DNA of 32,000 bases from Mycolicibacterium smegmatis (GTDB lineage Bacteria > Actinomycetota > Actinomycetes > Mycobacteriales > Mycobacteriaceae). The stretch spans positions 5,790,001 to 5,822,000 of the forward strand of contig NZ_LN831039.1 in NCBI RefSeq assembly GCF_001457595.1, written 5' to 3'. Positions within the stretch are counted from its first letter, which is position 1. Every line of letters begins with the position of its first letter. Below are positions 1 to 11,560 of this stretch, piece by piece. The translations under genes were made by a program, and so were the position numbers. The notes beneath the pieces were generated by a model that worked only from the letters and a program-made list of their open reading frames with translations, did no database searches and had not been told where the DNA came from.

Positions 1-10
1 GAATCGAGAA

Positions 11-1663
11 GTGACTTACTACCCGCCGCGGCCGCCAGGCGATCGCGGCGCGGAGCATCCCGGGATGGCCAACTATCCCAGCGACGAGACGCACCGCAGG
101 CCGCGCAGGTCCTCGATGCCGAGCTCCAACCGCTGGCTCCCGCCACTGGACGAAGAGTCCCCTCGCGCTGAGCGCACGGGGTCCGCTCGCGGAGCCGGTC
201 CCACAGCTGAGCCGGGAGCCGGCGAGCGCGTCACCGTGACCCGCGCCGCCGCGGCACGCAGCCGCGAGATGGGCTCGCGCATGTACGGCCTGGTGCACCG
301 CGCCGCGACCGCCGACGGCGCCGACAAATCCGGGCTGACCGCGCTCACCTGGCCCGTGGTGGCCAACTTCGCCGTCGACGCCGCCATGGCCGTCGCCCTG
401 GCCAACACGCTGTTCTTCGCCGCGGCCAGCGGCGAGTCGAAGAGCCGCGTCGCGCTGTACCTGCTGATCACCATCGCGCCGTTCGCGGTGATCGCGCCGC
501 TCATCGGGCCCGCACTGGACCGCCTGCAGCACGGCCGCCGCGTCGCGCTGGCGGCGTCGTTCGCGCTGCGCACCGTGTTGATCGTGGTGCTGATCGCCAA
601 CTACGACGGCGCGACCGGCAACTTCCCGTCGTGGGTGCTCTACCCGTGTGCGCTGGGCATGATGGTGCTCTCCAAATCGTTCTCGGTGCTGCGCAGCGCG
701 GTGACGCCGCGTGTCCTGCCGCCGACCATCGACCTGGTGCGCGTCAACTCGCGGCTCACCACGTTCGGCCTGCTCGGCGGAACGGTCGCCGGTGGCGGTA
801 TCGCCGCGGGCGCCGAGTACCTGTTCGGCCTCGTGCACCTGCCCGGCGCGCTGTACGTGATCGTCGCGGTCAGCGTCGCCGGCGCGGTGCTGTCGATGCG
901 CATCCCCAAGTGGGTCGAGGTCACCGAGGGCGAGGTCCCCACGACGCTGAGCTACCACGGCGGCCCCGGGGAACTGCGCCGCCCGGAGCACCCCGACACG
1001 ACAGGTAAGCCCGACAAGCCGCAATCGGTACGCCAGCCCATGGGCCGCAACACGATCACCGCGCTTTGGGGCAACTGCACCATCAAGGTCATGGTCGGGT
1101 TCCTGTTCCTCTATCCCGCGTTCGTCGCCAAGTCGCACGACGCCAGCGGCTGGGAGCAACTGCTGATCCTCGGCATCATCGGCGCGGCCGCGGGCATCGG
1201 GAACTTTGCGGGCAACATGACCGCCGCACGGCTCAAGCTCGGCCACCCGGCGCAGATGGTCGTGCGTCTGGCGATCGTGGTCACCGTGTTCGCGCTGCTG
1301 GCCGCGTTGACCGGCAAGCTGCTGGTGGCCGCGCTCGCGACGCTGGTGACCTCGGGTGCCAGCGCGATCGCCAAGGCCTCACTCGACGCGTCGCTGCAGG
1401 ACGACCTTCCCGAGGCGTCGCGCGCCTCGGCGTTCGGGCGCTCCGAATCGGTGCTGCAGCTCGCGTGGGTGGCCGGCGGCGCCATCGGAGTGCTGATCTA
1501 CACAGACCTCTCAGTCGGGTTCACTACGATCACGGCCGTGCTGATACTCGGCCTGGCCCAGACCATCGTGAGCTACCGCGGCGAATCCCTCATCCCCGGC
1601 TTCGGCGGCAACCGCCCCGTGCTGGCGGAGCAGGAGGGGACGATGGCGTGGGGGGCCCGGTGA
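11..1663 (+). CDS. Multi-pass integral membrane protein, MFS-like (Rv0876c-like), with an Arg/Pro-rich cytoplasmic N-terminus
   Basis: 550-aa ORF with many hydrophobic helices (e.g. LTALTWPVVANFAVDAAMAVALANTLFF, LYLLITIAPFAVIAPLIG). Syntenic position next to the Rv0875c-like gene. GTG start at 11, but the frame is open to the window edge, so the true start is uncertain. Confidence 0.75.
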   Translation: MTYYPPRPPGDRGAEHPGMANYPSDETHRRPRRSSMPSSNRWLPPLDEESPRAERTGSARGAGPTAEPGAGERVTVTRAAAARSREMGSRMYGLVHRAATADGADKSGLTALTWPVVANFAVDAAMAVALANTLFFAAASGESKSRVALYLLITIAPFAVIAPLIGPALDRLQHGRRVALAASFALRTVLIVVLIANYDGATGNFPSWVLYPCALGMMVLSKSFSVLRSAVTPRVLPPTIDLVRVNSRLTTFGLLGGTVAGGGIAAGAEYLFGLVHLPGALYVIVAVSVAGAVLSMRIPKWVEVTEGEVPTTLSYHGGPGELRRPEHPDTTGKPDKPQSVRQPMGRNTITALWGNCTIKVMVGFLFLYPAFVAKSHDASGWEQLLILGIIGAAAGIGNFAGNMTAARLKLGHPAQMVVRLAIVVTVFALLAALTGKLLVAALATLVTSGASAIAKASLDASLQDDLPEASRASAFGRSESVLQLAWVAGGAIGVLIYTDLSVGFTTITAVLILGLAQTIVSYRGESLIPGFGGNRPVLAEQEGTMAWGAR

Positions 1664-2148
1664 AGCGCACCTTCGGGATCCTCGGGCTCGTCGTCGTCCT
1701 CGCGATCGCAGGCACCGGGATCGGTGTCTGGCGGCTGAGCAGCTCCCACGGCGAGAATCTGCCGCAGATCAGCGCCTACTCACACGGGCACACCGTGCGC
1801 ACCGGACCGTTCCAGTACTGCCCGGTGCTCGACCTCGACAACTGCCTCGACCCGCGCGAGGCGGCCGAACTGCGGGTCACCGAGAAGTACCCCGTGCAGC
1901 TTTCGGTGCCGTCGGCGATCGGACGGGCCCCATGGCGCCTGCTGCGGGTATACGAAAACCCCATCGACACAACGGTTTCGGTGTACCGCCCCAACACCAC
2001 GCTGGCGGTGACCATCCCGACCGTGGATCCGCAGCGCGGACGTCTGACCGGCCTCGCGGTGCAGTTGCTCACGCTCGTACGCGATCAGAACGGCGAGGAG
2101 TTCGCGCTGCCGCACGCCGAGTGGTCGATCAGCACCACCTGGTCGTGA
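1660..2148 (+). CDS. Small exported or membrane-anchored protein (Rv0875c-like, DUF2771-like)
   Basis: Only the C-terminal part of track ORF 1066..2148 is used. GTG at 1660 overlaps the upstream stop (GTGA), suggesting translational coupling. Signal-anchor sequence VKRTFGILGLVVVLAIAGTGIGVW. About 162 aa, as I recall for the M. tuberculosis syntenic gene. Confidence 0.7.
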   Translation: MKRTFGILGLVVVLAIAGTGIGVWRLSSSHGENLPQISAYSHGHTVRTGPFQYCPVLDLDNCLDPREAAELRVTEKYPVQLSVPSAIGRAPWRLLRVYENPIDTTVSVYRPNTTLAVTIPTVDPQRGRLTGLAVQLLTLVRDQNGEEFALPHAEWSISTTWS

Positions 2149-2158
2149 GCCCTGCGGG

Positions 2159-3184
2159 TCAGCCCGCGCCGTGACCGGCGGGCACCCGCTCACCGTCGCG
2201 CGTCGGGCCGGGTGGGGTGCCGTCACCGAAGGGCCTGCCGCCCAAGGCCTCCCGCCCGTGCGGCGTCAACCAGTTCGACAGGTCCGGGCCCTTCGGCACG
2301 ACCTGCGTGGGATTGATGTCGGAGTGCACCACGTAGTAGTGCGCCTTGATCTGCACGAAGTCGATGGTGTCGCCGAAACCCGGCGTCTGGAACAGATCGC
2401 GGGCATAGGCCCACAGCACATCCATCTCGCTGAGCTTGGACCGGTTGCACTTGAAGTGGCCGTGATAGACGGGGTCGAAGCGCGCGAGCGTGGTGAACAA
2501 CCGCACGTCGGCCTCGGTGATGGTGTCCCCCACCAGGTAACGCTGCGTCGCGAGGCGCTCGGTGAGCCAGTCCAGCGCGGTGAACAACCGGTCGTAGGCG
2601 CGCTCGTAGGCCTCCTGTGAACCCGCGAACCCGCAGCGGTACACACCGTTGTTGACCTCGGTGTAGATGCGTCGGGCGACCTCGTCGATCTCGTCGCGCA
2701 GCGGCTCGGGGTACAGGTCCGGCGCACCCTCGCGGTGATACGCCTTCCACTCGGTGGAGAAGTCCAGCGTCATCTGCGCGAAGTCGTTGGTGACCACCTC
2801 GCCCGTGGCGACCTCGACGATCGCGGGCACCGTGATGCCCTTGGAATAGTCGGGGAAGCGTTTGAGGTACGCGTCGCGCAACCGCGGGATCTTCAGCACC
2901 GGATCGACGCCGTCGGGGTCGAGGTCGAACGTCCAGCTGCGTTCGTCGTGCGTCGGCCCGCAGAACCCGATGGACAGCACGTCCTCGAGCCCCAGCAGGC
3001 GCCGCACGATGATCGTGCGGTTCGCCCACGGGCAGGCACGCGCCACGATCAGCCGGTACCGGCCCGGTTCGACGGGGTAACCGTCACGGCCGTCGGCGGT
3101 GATCCTGGTGGTGATGTACGCGGTGTCGCGGTTGAACTCGCCGCCCGAGGTCTTGTCGGCGACGTAGGTGCCCTGAGCCATCAC
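2159..3184 (-). CDS. Xi-class glutathione S-transferase / glutathionyl-hydroquinone reductase (YqjG/ECM4 family)
   Basis: 341-aa ORF with the Xi-class active-site context ARACPWANRTIIVRRLLGLEDVLSIG (CPWA motif) and a C-terminal GST helical domain. Confidence 0.88.
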   Translation of the reverse strand: MMAQGTYVADKTSGGEFNRDTAYITTRITADGRDGYPVEPGRYRLIVARACPWANRTIIVRRLLGLEDVLSIGFCGPTHDERSWTFDLDPDGVDPVLKIPRLRDAYLKRFPDYSKGITVPAIVEVATGEVVTNDFAQMTLDFSTEWKAYHREGAPDLYPEPLRDEIDEVARRIYTEVNNGVYRCGFAGSQEAYERAYDRLFTALDWLTERLATQRYLVGDTITEADVRLFTTLARFDPVYHGHFKCNRSKLSEMDVLWAYARDLFQTPGFGDTIDFVQIKAHYYVVHSDINPTQVVPKGPDLSNWLTPHGREALGGRPFGDGTPPGPTRDGERVPAGHGAG

Positions 3185-3229
3185 TCCATCTTGGCCTCAG
3201 GGCGCCGGTCGCGCCCGGGACTCGGACGA

Positions 3230-3640
3230 TCAAGCGTCGAGTTCGCGCGCGACGGCCCGGACGACCTCCGAAACGCGGCGGGCGACCTTGCGGTCGGGGT
3301 AGCGCCCCTTGCGCAGCTCCGGCTGCACCGCGCTCTCCAGCAGCGTGATCATGTCCTCGACCATGCCGTGCAGTTCGTCGGGGGTGTGCTTGTGCTCGGG
3401 ACGCTCGGCCTCACGGCGCGCCCGCGACAGGCTGGGCGGCGGGTCGATGAGCTTGAGGCTCAGCGCCTGCGGGCCGCGACGGCCCGCGGCGACGCCGAAC
3501 TCGACGCGCTGCCCGGACTTGAGCGCCTCGACACCGGCAGGCAGCGCCGAGGACCGGACGTACACGTCCTCGCCGTCCTCTTGCGACAGAAAGCCGAAGC
3601 CCTTTTCGGCGTCGTACCACTTAACCTTGCCGGTCGGCAC
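3230..3640 (-). CDS. cspB: Cold-shock domain protein with C-terminal extension (CspB-like, Rv0871-like)
   Basis: GTG at 3640 gives [33 protein letters not shown], the CSD RNP1-type motif KGFGFL. About 136 aa. The longer track ORF reaching 3784 adds a non-CSD leader and is considered over-extended. Confidence 0.82.
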   Translation of the reverse strand: MPTGKVKWYDAEKGFGFLSQEDGEDVYVRSSALPAGVEALKSGQRVEFGVAAGRRGPQALSLKLIDPPPSLSRARREAERPEHKHTPDELHGMVEDMITLLESAVQPELRKGRYPDRKVARRVSEVVRAVARELDA

Positions 3641-3802
3641 TGTCCTCACCCGCTCGTCGTTGTCGGCCAACAAAAACACACAAAGTTCGCGTCCCGTCTG
3701 CGCCGGGACGCGATGACGTGATCCTACTCGGATCAGATCTGGGCCTTCACCCTGAATACTCGGTAGGCTTGCAGCACCGCCCAAGGAGAAGATGCCCCAG
3801 AT

Positions 3803-4213
3803 ATGCGAGTGCTACTTAATATCATCTGGTTGATCTTCGGCGGGCTGTGGCTGGCGCTGGGTTACCTGCTGGCCGCACTGATCTGCTTCATCCTCATCGT
3901 CACGATCCCGTTCGGCTTCGCGTCGCTGCGCATCGCGTCATATGCGCTGTGGCCGTTCGGCCGGACCATCGTCGAAAAGCCGGGACCCCGGCCCGGCGCC
4001 CTGGTGGGCAATGTCATCTGGGTGATCCTGTTCGGCATCTGGCTGGCGATCGGACACGTCGCCAGCGCCATCGCGATGGCGATCACGATCATCGGGATCC
4101 CGCTGGCCCTGGCCAATCTCAAGATGATCCCGGTGTCGCTGGTACCGCTGGGCAAGGAGATCGTGCCGGTGGACCAGTTCAACAACCTCAACACGGAGCG
4201 GGTGATCACATGA
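3803..4213 (+). CDS. YccF-domain inner membrane protein (Rv0870c-like)
   Basis: 136 aa with a duplicated hydrophobic YccF-type pattern ([17 protein letters not shown]... and [17 protein letters not shown]...). The stop overlaps the moaA start (ATGA). Confidence 0.88.
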   Translation: MRVLLNIIWLIFGGLWLALGYLLAALICFILIVTIPFGFASLRIASYALWPFGRTIVEKPGPRPGALVGNVIWVILFGIWLAIGHVASAIAMAITIIGIPLALANLKMIPVSLVPLGKEIVPVDQFNNLNTERVIT

Positions 4214-5295
4214 CCGTCACGGCGCTCGGCCTACCCACCGTCGCCCGGTCCACGGGCGACGGTTCTGCTGGGGCCTCCCCTGCGCCCGCCGACGGCCCCC
4301 TGGTCGACAAATACGGACGTGCCGCGACCGACCTGCGCGTGTCGCTGACCGACCGCTGCAATCTGCGCTGCACCTATTGCATGCCTGCCGAGGGCCTCAA
4401 CTGGCTTCCCGGTGACGCGCTGCTGAGCCCCACCGAACTGGCCCGTCTGCTGCGCATCGCGGTGACCCGGCTCCGCATCACCAGCGTGCGGTTCACCGGC
4501 GGTGAGCCGTTGGTGGTGCGTCACCTCGAAGAGGTCGTCGCGGCGGCCGCCGCACTTGAGCCCCGCCCGGAGATCACGCTGACCACCAACGGCCTCGGCC
4601 TGGCCCGTCGTGCAGAGGGGCTCAAGAAGGCCGGCCTCAACCGCATCAACGTGTCATTGGACAGCGTCGACGCCGCGCACTTCGCACGCATCACCCGCCG
4701 CGATCGCCTGCCCGACGTGCTGGCCGGGCTGGCGGCCGCGAAGGCGGCCGGGCTCGAGCCCGTGAAGGTCAACGCGGTCCTCGATCCCGTGTCGGGCCTC
4801 GACGACGCCGTGGAGCTGCTGCGGTACTGCCTGCAGCACGGATATCAGCTGCGGATCATCGAGCAGATGCCGCTCGACGCGAGCCACAGCTGGCAGCGCG
4901 ACAACGTCATCGACGCCGACCGGATCCTGCAGACCCTGCAACAGCACTTCGAGCTGACCCCGGATTCGCGTCCGCGCGGGTCGGCGCCCGCCGAGCTGTG
5001 GCAGGTGGCCGAGGGACCCACGCACGCCGCGGGCACGGTCGGGGTCATCGCGTCGGTGTCGCATGCCTTCTGTTCGGCCTGTGACCGCACGCGGCTGACC
5101 GCGGACGGTCAGATCCGCAGCTGCCTGTTCTCGCGCGAGGAGACCGATCTGCGGCACCTGCTGCGCGGCGGTGCCGACGACGCCGAGATCGAGGCCGCGT
5201 GGCGCGCGGCGATGTGGAGCAAGCCCGCCGGACACGGCATCAACGATCCTGATTTCGTGCAGCCGGTCCGGCCCATGAGTGCGATCGGTGGATAG
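4210..5295 (+). CDS. moaA: GTP 3',8-cyclase MoaA (radical SAM)
   Basis: ATG at 4210 in the frame of track ORF 3847..5295. Radical-SAM motif CNLRCTYCMP. C-terminal Cys cluster FCSACDRTRLTADGQIRSCLF. Ends ...MSAIGG. Confidence 0.95.
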   Translation: MTVTALGLPTVARSTGDGSAGASPAPADGPLVDKYGRAATDLRVSLTDRCNLRCTYCMPAEGLNWLPGDALLSPTELARLLRIAVTRLRITSVRFTGGEPLVVRHLEEVVAAAAALEPRPEITLTTNGLGLARRAEGLKKAGLNRINVSLDSVDAAHFARITRRDRLPDVLAGLAAAKAAGLEPVKVNAVLDPVSGLDDAVELLRYCLQHGYQLRIIEQMPLDASHSWQRDNVIDADRILQTLQQHFELTPDSRPRGSAPAELWQVAEGPTHAAGTVGVIASVSHAFCSACDRTRLTADGQIRSCLFSREETDLRHLLRGGADDAEIEAAWRAAMWSKPAGHGINDPDFVQPVRPMSAIGG

Positions 5296-5562
5296 ATGAC
5301 GACAGCGACGACAGTTCGGGTGACGGTCCGCTATTTCGCGGCCGCGGCGGCCGCGGCGGGAATCGAGACCGAATCGTTGGAAATCGCGACGGGGACCTCC
5401 GTCGCCGAGCTCGTCGAGCGGCTCGGCGCGCGCAACCCCGAGCTCGCGCGGGTGCTCAAGCGCTGCTCATACCTGTGCGACGAGGTCGCGGTGCGCGATA
5501 TGGCCAAGCTATTGGTAACGCCGCAAACCGTTGACGTGTTACCACCTTTCGCCGGCGGATAA
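5296..5562 (+). CDS. moaD: Molybdopterin synthase sulfur-carrier subunit MoaD
   Basis: 88 aa, starts immediately after the moaA stop, ubiquitin-like size, terminal Gly-Gly (…PPFAGG). Confidence 0.88.
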   Translation: MTTATTVRVTVRYFAAAAAAAGIETESLEIATGTSVAELVERLGARNPELARVLKRCSYLCDEVAVRDMAKLLVTPQTVDVLPPFAGG

Positions 5563-5578
5563 CGTGAGATACGTCACA
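5563..5578. promoter_or_regulatory. Candidate CRP/Cmr-type binding site (cGTGA-N6-TCACA) far upstream of rpfA
   Basis: The sequence CGTGAGATACGTCACA matches TGTGA-N6-TCACA at 9 of 10 half-site positions. It sits at the head of the 433-bp moaD-rpfA intergenic region. CRP control of rpfA is published for M. tuberculosis. Confidence 0.45.
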
Positions 5579-5799
5579 TCACGGATTGGTAACGAGCTGG
5601 CTGTGTCGCGCTGAGGCGCTTTGTTTTCCTGCGAGAACACTTCGGCAACCTGCACCTTTAACGCTCTTTTAAGTTTTGCCGGGACCTGAAACGCCGTGCG
5701 GCGCAAAAGATGACTCTGCTGCACCTACCCGTTACCGTTCATTCCCAAGTCAGCCGACCTTTATCGGTTGACCTGCCTCCGCCGGTAGCGCCGAGCTCC

Positions 5800-7483
<1,684 letters not shown>

Positions 7484-7497
<14 letters not shown>

Positions 7498-7912
7498 CCC
7501 ACTCGTCGGTTCCGTCGGCGAAGTGCTGGTGCTTCCACACCGGCAGCCGCTCCTTGACGACGTCGACGAGACGGGCACAGGTTTCGAACGCCGCCCTGCG
7601 ATGGGGCGCTGCGACAGCGGCCACCAGGGCGGCGTCACCTATCTTCAGGGGGCCGATGCGGTGGCTCACCGCGATCGCCCGCACCCCGTCGGACTGCGCC
7701 GCGATCTCCGCGGCGACCTCTTCGAGCGTGCGCTGCGCCGTGGGGTGGGCCGAGTACTCGAGTCGCAGAACCGAACGGCCGCCGTCGTGATCGCGCACGA
7801 CACCGGCGAATCCGACGACCGCCCCAGCGGCCTCGTGCGCGACGAGCGCCTCGTACTCGGTCAGCGAGATCGGGTCCTCGGTGAGCTCGACCCGGACGAT
7901 TTCAGCGCTCAT
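7484..7912 (-). CDS. moaE: Molybdopterin synthase catalytic subunit MoaE
   Basis: 142 aa. MoaE-like blocks [39 protein letters not shown] and [11 protein letters not shown]. Confidence 0.92.
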
Positions 7913-7948
7913 CGCAACAGTCTCCTCGTCGCGTGGGCGCCTGTGCGC

Positions 7949-8446
7949 TCAACGCGTATGGTCATGGCCGCCAAGCTGATCGAGCGCGTGCTCCAGCACG
8001 TGGTCGAGAACGCCGAGGCCGTCTTTCACCCCGCCGGGAGAACCCGGGAGGTTCACGATCAGTGTGCGTCCGGAAACGCCGCACACGCCGCGCGAGAGAA
8101 TCGATGTGGGCACCTTGGGCAACCCGGACCGCCGGATGGCGTCAGCGAGACCGGGAACCTCGTAATCGAGCACGGCCCGCGTGGCCTCGGGGGTGGCGTC
8201 GGTCGGTGAGATACCGGTCCCGCCCGAGGTGATGATGAGGTCGACGTTCTCGGACAGCGCGGCACGCAGCGCCCCGGCCACGGCGTCGCCGTCGGGAACC
8301 ACCATCTGCTCGGTGACGTCGTAGCCGCGCTTGGCCAGCCATTCCACGATGAGCGGACCGGTCCGGTCGTCGTAGACGCCTGCCGCTGCCCGGGTCGAGG
8401 CGATGACCACCCGGGCCGAACGCGTCACTCCGCTGGTTTTTCCCAC
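7949..8446 (-). CDS. mog: MogA/MoaB-family molybdopterin adenylyltransferase
   Basis: 165 aa. Contains ARVVIASTRAAAGVYDDRTGP, LIITSGGTGISPTDATPEAT and PGSPGGV, all typical of MogA/MoaB. An alternative GTG start at 8428 overlaps the moaC stop (GTGA). Confidence 0.88.
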   Translation of the reverse strand: MGKTSGVTRSARVVIASTRAAAGVYDDRTGPLIVEWLAKRGYDVTEQMVVPDGDAVAGALRAALSENVDLIITSGGTGISPTDATPEATRAVLDYEVPGLADAIRRSGLPKVPTSILSRGVCGVSGRTLIVNLPGSPGGVKDGLGVLDHVLEHALDQLGGHDHTR

Positions 8447-8898
8447 AACCCCGTTTTACCGCCTTCTTTCCGCACCACGTGGATGTTGTCGATACGTGCT
8501 GCGGGATCGACGGCCTTGATCATGTCGTAGAGCGTCAGCGCGGCCACGCCGACCGCGGTGAGCGCCTCCATCTCGACACCCGTGCGGTCGGTGCTGCGCA
8601 CCGTGGCGGTGATCCCCACGGCGTCGTCGCGCACGTCGAAGTCGACGTCGACACCGGTCAGTGCCAACTGGTGGCACAGCGGGATCAGGTCGGGTGTCCG
8701 TTTGGCCGCCAGGATGCCTGCCACCCGCGCGGTGGCCAGGGCGTCACCTTTGGGCAGTCCACCGGAGGCGATGAGCGCCACGACGTCCGGCCGCGTCAGC
8801 AGGGTCCCCGCGGCGACCGCGGTGCGTTTGGTGACGTCCTTGTTGGTGACGTCGACCATGTGCGCCGCGCCGGATTCGTCGAGGTGCGACAGTTCCAC
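8425..8898 (-). CDS. moaC: Cyclic pyranopterin monophosphate synthase MoaC
   Basis: 157 aa. Contains MVDVTNKDVTKRTA, KGDALATARVAGILAAKRTPDLIPLCH and VGVEMEALTAV, all typical of MoaC. Confidence 0.94.
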   Translation of the reverse strand: MELSHLDESGAAHMVDVTNKDVTKRTAVAAGTLLTRPDVVALIASGGLPKGDALATARVAGILAAKRTPDLIPLCHQLALTGVDVDFDVRDDAVGITATVRSTDRTGVEMEALTAVGVAALTLYDMIKAVDPAARIDNIHVVRKEGGKTGLWEKPAE

Positions 8899-8900
8899 CG

Positions 8901-9140
<240 letters not shown>

Positions 9141-9156
9141 TTACGCTGGTCAGGAT

Positions 9157-11412
9157 ATGACCGCACAGACTCCGGGGACGCCGCTTGGCGCCTGGCTGGC
9201 CGACCTCGACGATCGGGGTCTCATCCGCCTACTGGAGCTGCGACCGGACCTGAGCCAGCCGCCACCAGGCACGATCGCGGCGCTGGCGGCCCGCGCCACC
9301 TCCCGCCAGTCGGTCAAGGCCGCCACCGACGGCCTGGACTTCCTGCGCCTGGCGGTGCTCGACGCTCTGCTCGTACTGCACGCCGACACCGCCGCGGTCC
9401 CGGTCGAGAAGGTCACCGACATGCTGGGCGACCGCGTCGAGACCGCGGTGGTGCTCGCCGCCGTCGACGACCTGCGCGAGCGTGCGCTGGTGTGGGGCGA
9501 GGCGACACTGCGGATCGCACCCGAGGTGGCCTCGGGTCTGCCGTGGTACGCCGGGCAGGCCGTCCTGGAGCCCACCGACCTGACCGCCGAGGACATCGCC
9601 GCGCGGGTCGACGCGCTCGACGAGGCCCCGCGTGAGCTGCTCGCGCGGCTCCTGGAGGGCTCACCCATGGGCCGCACGCGCGACGCCGCGCCCGACTCCC
9701 CGCCCGACCGCCCCGTGCCGCGACTCCTGGCGGCCGGGCTGCTGCGCCGCATCGACGACGACACCGTGATCCTGCCGCGCCTGGTGGGGCAGGCCCTGCG
9801 CGGCGAGGTGCCCGGTCCGCGCGAGCTCACCAAACCCGAACTGGCCGTGACCACCACGACCGTCGCCGACGTCGACGCCGTCGCGGCGGGTGCCGCCATC
9901 GACCTGATGCGCGAGGTCGACCTCATCATCGAGACGCTGGGCGCCGCGCCGGTTCCCGAGCTGCGCGCAGGCGGGATGGGTGTGCGCGACGTCAAGCGGC
10001 TGGCCAAGAACACCGGCATCGACGAGCCCCGGCTGGGGCTGCTGGTCGAGCTCGCCGCGGCCGCCGGGCTGATCGCCTCCGGCATGCCCGACCCCGATCC
10101 GGGTGACGGCACCGGCCCGTACTGGGCGCCGACGGTGGCCGCCGACCGGTTCCTCGAATCGCCCACGGCGGTGCGCTGGCATCTGCTGGCCACCACGTGG
10201 CTCGACCTGCCTGCCCGCCCCGCGCTCATCGGCACCCGCGGCCCGGACGGGAAACCTTTTGGTGCGCTGTCGGATTCGCTGTACTCGACGGCCGCGCCGC
10301 TGGACCGGCGCCTGCTGCTGACGGTGCTGGCCGACCTCGCGCCCGGCTCTGGCGTCTCCGCCGAGGACGCGTCGCGCGCGATGATCTGGCAGCGGCCGCG
10401 CTGGGCGGTGCGCCTGCAACCCGCGACGGTCAGCGACCTGTTCGCCGAGGCCCATGCGCTGGGCATGGCCGGACGCGGCGCGATCAGCACGCCGGCGCGC
10501 CGTCTGCTGGCCGGCGACGCCGACGAGGACGTGTTGGCCGCGATGAACAAGGCGCTGCCCAAACCGCTCGACCATTTCCTGCTGCAGGCCGACCTGACCG
10601 TCGTCGTGCCAGGACCGCTGGAACGGGACCTCGCCGAGGAACTCGCACAGGTCGCGACGGTCGAATCGGCTGGGGCGGCCATGGTGTACCGGATCAGCGA
10701 GGCATCGGTGCGCCACGCACTCGACGCCGGGCGCACCGCGGGCGAGTTGCACGCGTTCTTCGAGAAGCACTCGAAAACCCCTGTCCCGCAAGGTTTGACA
10801 TACCTGATCGATGATGTGGCGCGTCGGCACGGGCAGCTGCGGGTCGGGATGGCGTCGTCGTTCGTGCGGTGCGAGGACCCGGCGCTGCTCGCACAGGCCG
10901 TCGCGAGCCCGATCGTCGCGCGTCTCGAGCTGCGGACCCTCGCGCCCACCGTCGCGGTGTCGCAGGCGCCGATCGCCGACGTGCTGGGCGCGCTGCGCGA
11001 GGCCGGTTTCGCCCCGGCCGCCGAGGACTCGACCGGTGCCGTCGTCGACATCCGCGCCCGCGGTGCGCGCGTCGTCGCACCGTCGCGCCGTCGCGTGTAC
11101 CGCCCGTCGTCACCCCCCACCCCGCAGACCCTCGCCGCGGTGGTCGCCGTGCTACGCAAGGTGGCCGCGGGACCGTTCTCCAGCATCCGCCTGGACCCGG
11201 CAACCGCGATCACGCAACTGCAGGAGGCCGCGATCGCCCAGACGTCGGTTGTGATCGGTTACGTCGACCCGGCCGGCGTGGCGACCCAGCGCGTGGTGTC
11301 GCCGATCAACGTGCGCGGCGGGCAACTCACCGCATTTGACCCGGCGGCCGGGCGGGTGCGCGAATTCGCGATCCACCGCGTCACGTCGGTGGTCTCGGCC
11401 GACAGTGACTGA
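9157..11412 (+). CDS. Large conserved XPB-associated protein (Rv0862c-like)
   Basis: ATG at 9157 (MTAQTPGTPLGAWLADLDDRGLIRLLELRPD) in the frame of track ORF 9055..11412, giving about 751 aa. Located directly upstream of the XPB helicase, as in M. tuberculosis. Function is inferred only from synteny. Confidence 0.75.
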   Translation: MTAQTPGTPLGAWLADLDDRGLIRLLELRPDLSQPPPGTIAALAARATSRQSVKAATDGLDFLRLAVLDALLVLHADTAAVPVEKVTDMLGDRVETAVVLAAVDDLRERALVWGEATLRIAPEVASGLPWYAGQAVLEPTDLTAEDIAARVDALDEAPRELLARLLEGSPMGRTRDAAPDSPPDRPVPRLLAAGLLRRIDDDTVILPRLVGQALRGEVPGPRELTKPELAVTTTTVADVDAVAAGAAIDLMREVDLIIETLGAAPVPELRAGGMGVRDVKRLAKNTGIDEPRLGLLVELAAAAGLIASGMPDPDPGDGTGPYWAPTVAADRFLESPTAVRWHLLATTWLDLPARPALIGTRGPDGKPFGALSDSLYSTAAPLDRRLLLTVLADLAPGSGVSAEDASRAMIWQRPRWAVRLQPATVSDLFAEAHALGMAGRGAISTPARRLLAGDADEDVLAAMNKALPKPLDHFLLQADLTVVVPGPLERDLAEELAQVATVESAGAAMVYRISEASVRHALDAGRTAGELHAFFEKHSKTPVPQGLTYLIDDVARRHGQLRVGMASSFVRCEDPALLAQAVASPIVARLELRTLAPTVAVSQAPIADVLGALREAGFAPAAEDSTGAVVDIRARGARVVAPSRRRVYRPSSPPTPQTLAAVVAVLRKVAAGPFSSIRLDPATAITQLQEAAIAQTSVVIGYVDPAGVATQRVVSPINVRGGQLTAFDPAAGRVREFAIHRVTSVVSADSD

Positions 11413-11428
11413 TCCGTTGAGATTGCCG

Positions 11429-11462
11429 TGAGGGACATCCTGAGCTGCGTTTTTGTCCCTCA
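11429..11462 (+). other. Stem-loop (8-bp stem TGAGGGAC / GTCCCTCA) between the Rv0862c-like gene and xpb
   Basis: Inverted repeat read directly from the sequence. Could be an attenuator, terminator or RNA-processing structure. Confidence 0.3.
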
Positions 11463-11560
11463 GTGCAATCTCGGCGCCCAGCGCCCGCCGGACGGTATGT
11501 CAGCGGGTTCGGAATAATGGACAGGATGAGTTCCCAGCCGAGCAGCGGAGTGGTCAGCGC

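Noticed and set aside
3847-4209. N-terminal 121 aa of track ORF 3847..5295, overlapping yccF in another frame.
   Set aside because: It is Arg/Pro/Gly-rich with no MoaA homology. The MoaA similarity begins at the ATG at 4210, which overlaps the yccF stop (ATGA) in a typical coupled arrangement.
9150-11213. 687-aa ORF antisense to the Rv0862c-like gene. Similar very long antisense or off-frame ORFs occur at 11381..12823, 28728..30500, 28888..29847, 6193..7638, 6029..7075, 2735..3721, 22901..24094, 23145..23960, 9661..10830 and 26041..27099.
   Set aside because: Their translations are low-complexity and rich in Arg, Pro, Gly, Ala and Ser, with no recognisable motifs. They lie opposite to or out of frame with genes that have clear family signatures. 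Long spurious ORFs are expected in stop-codon-poor DNA of about 67% G+C.
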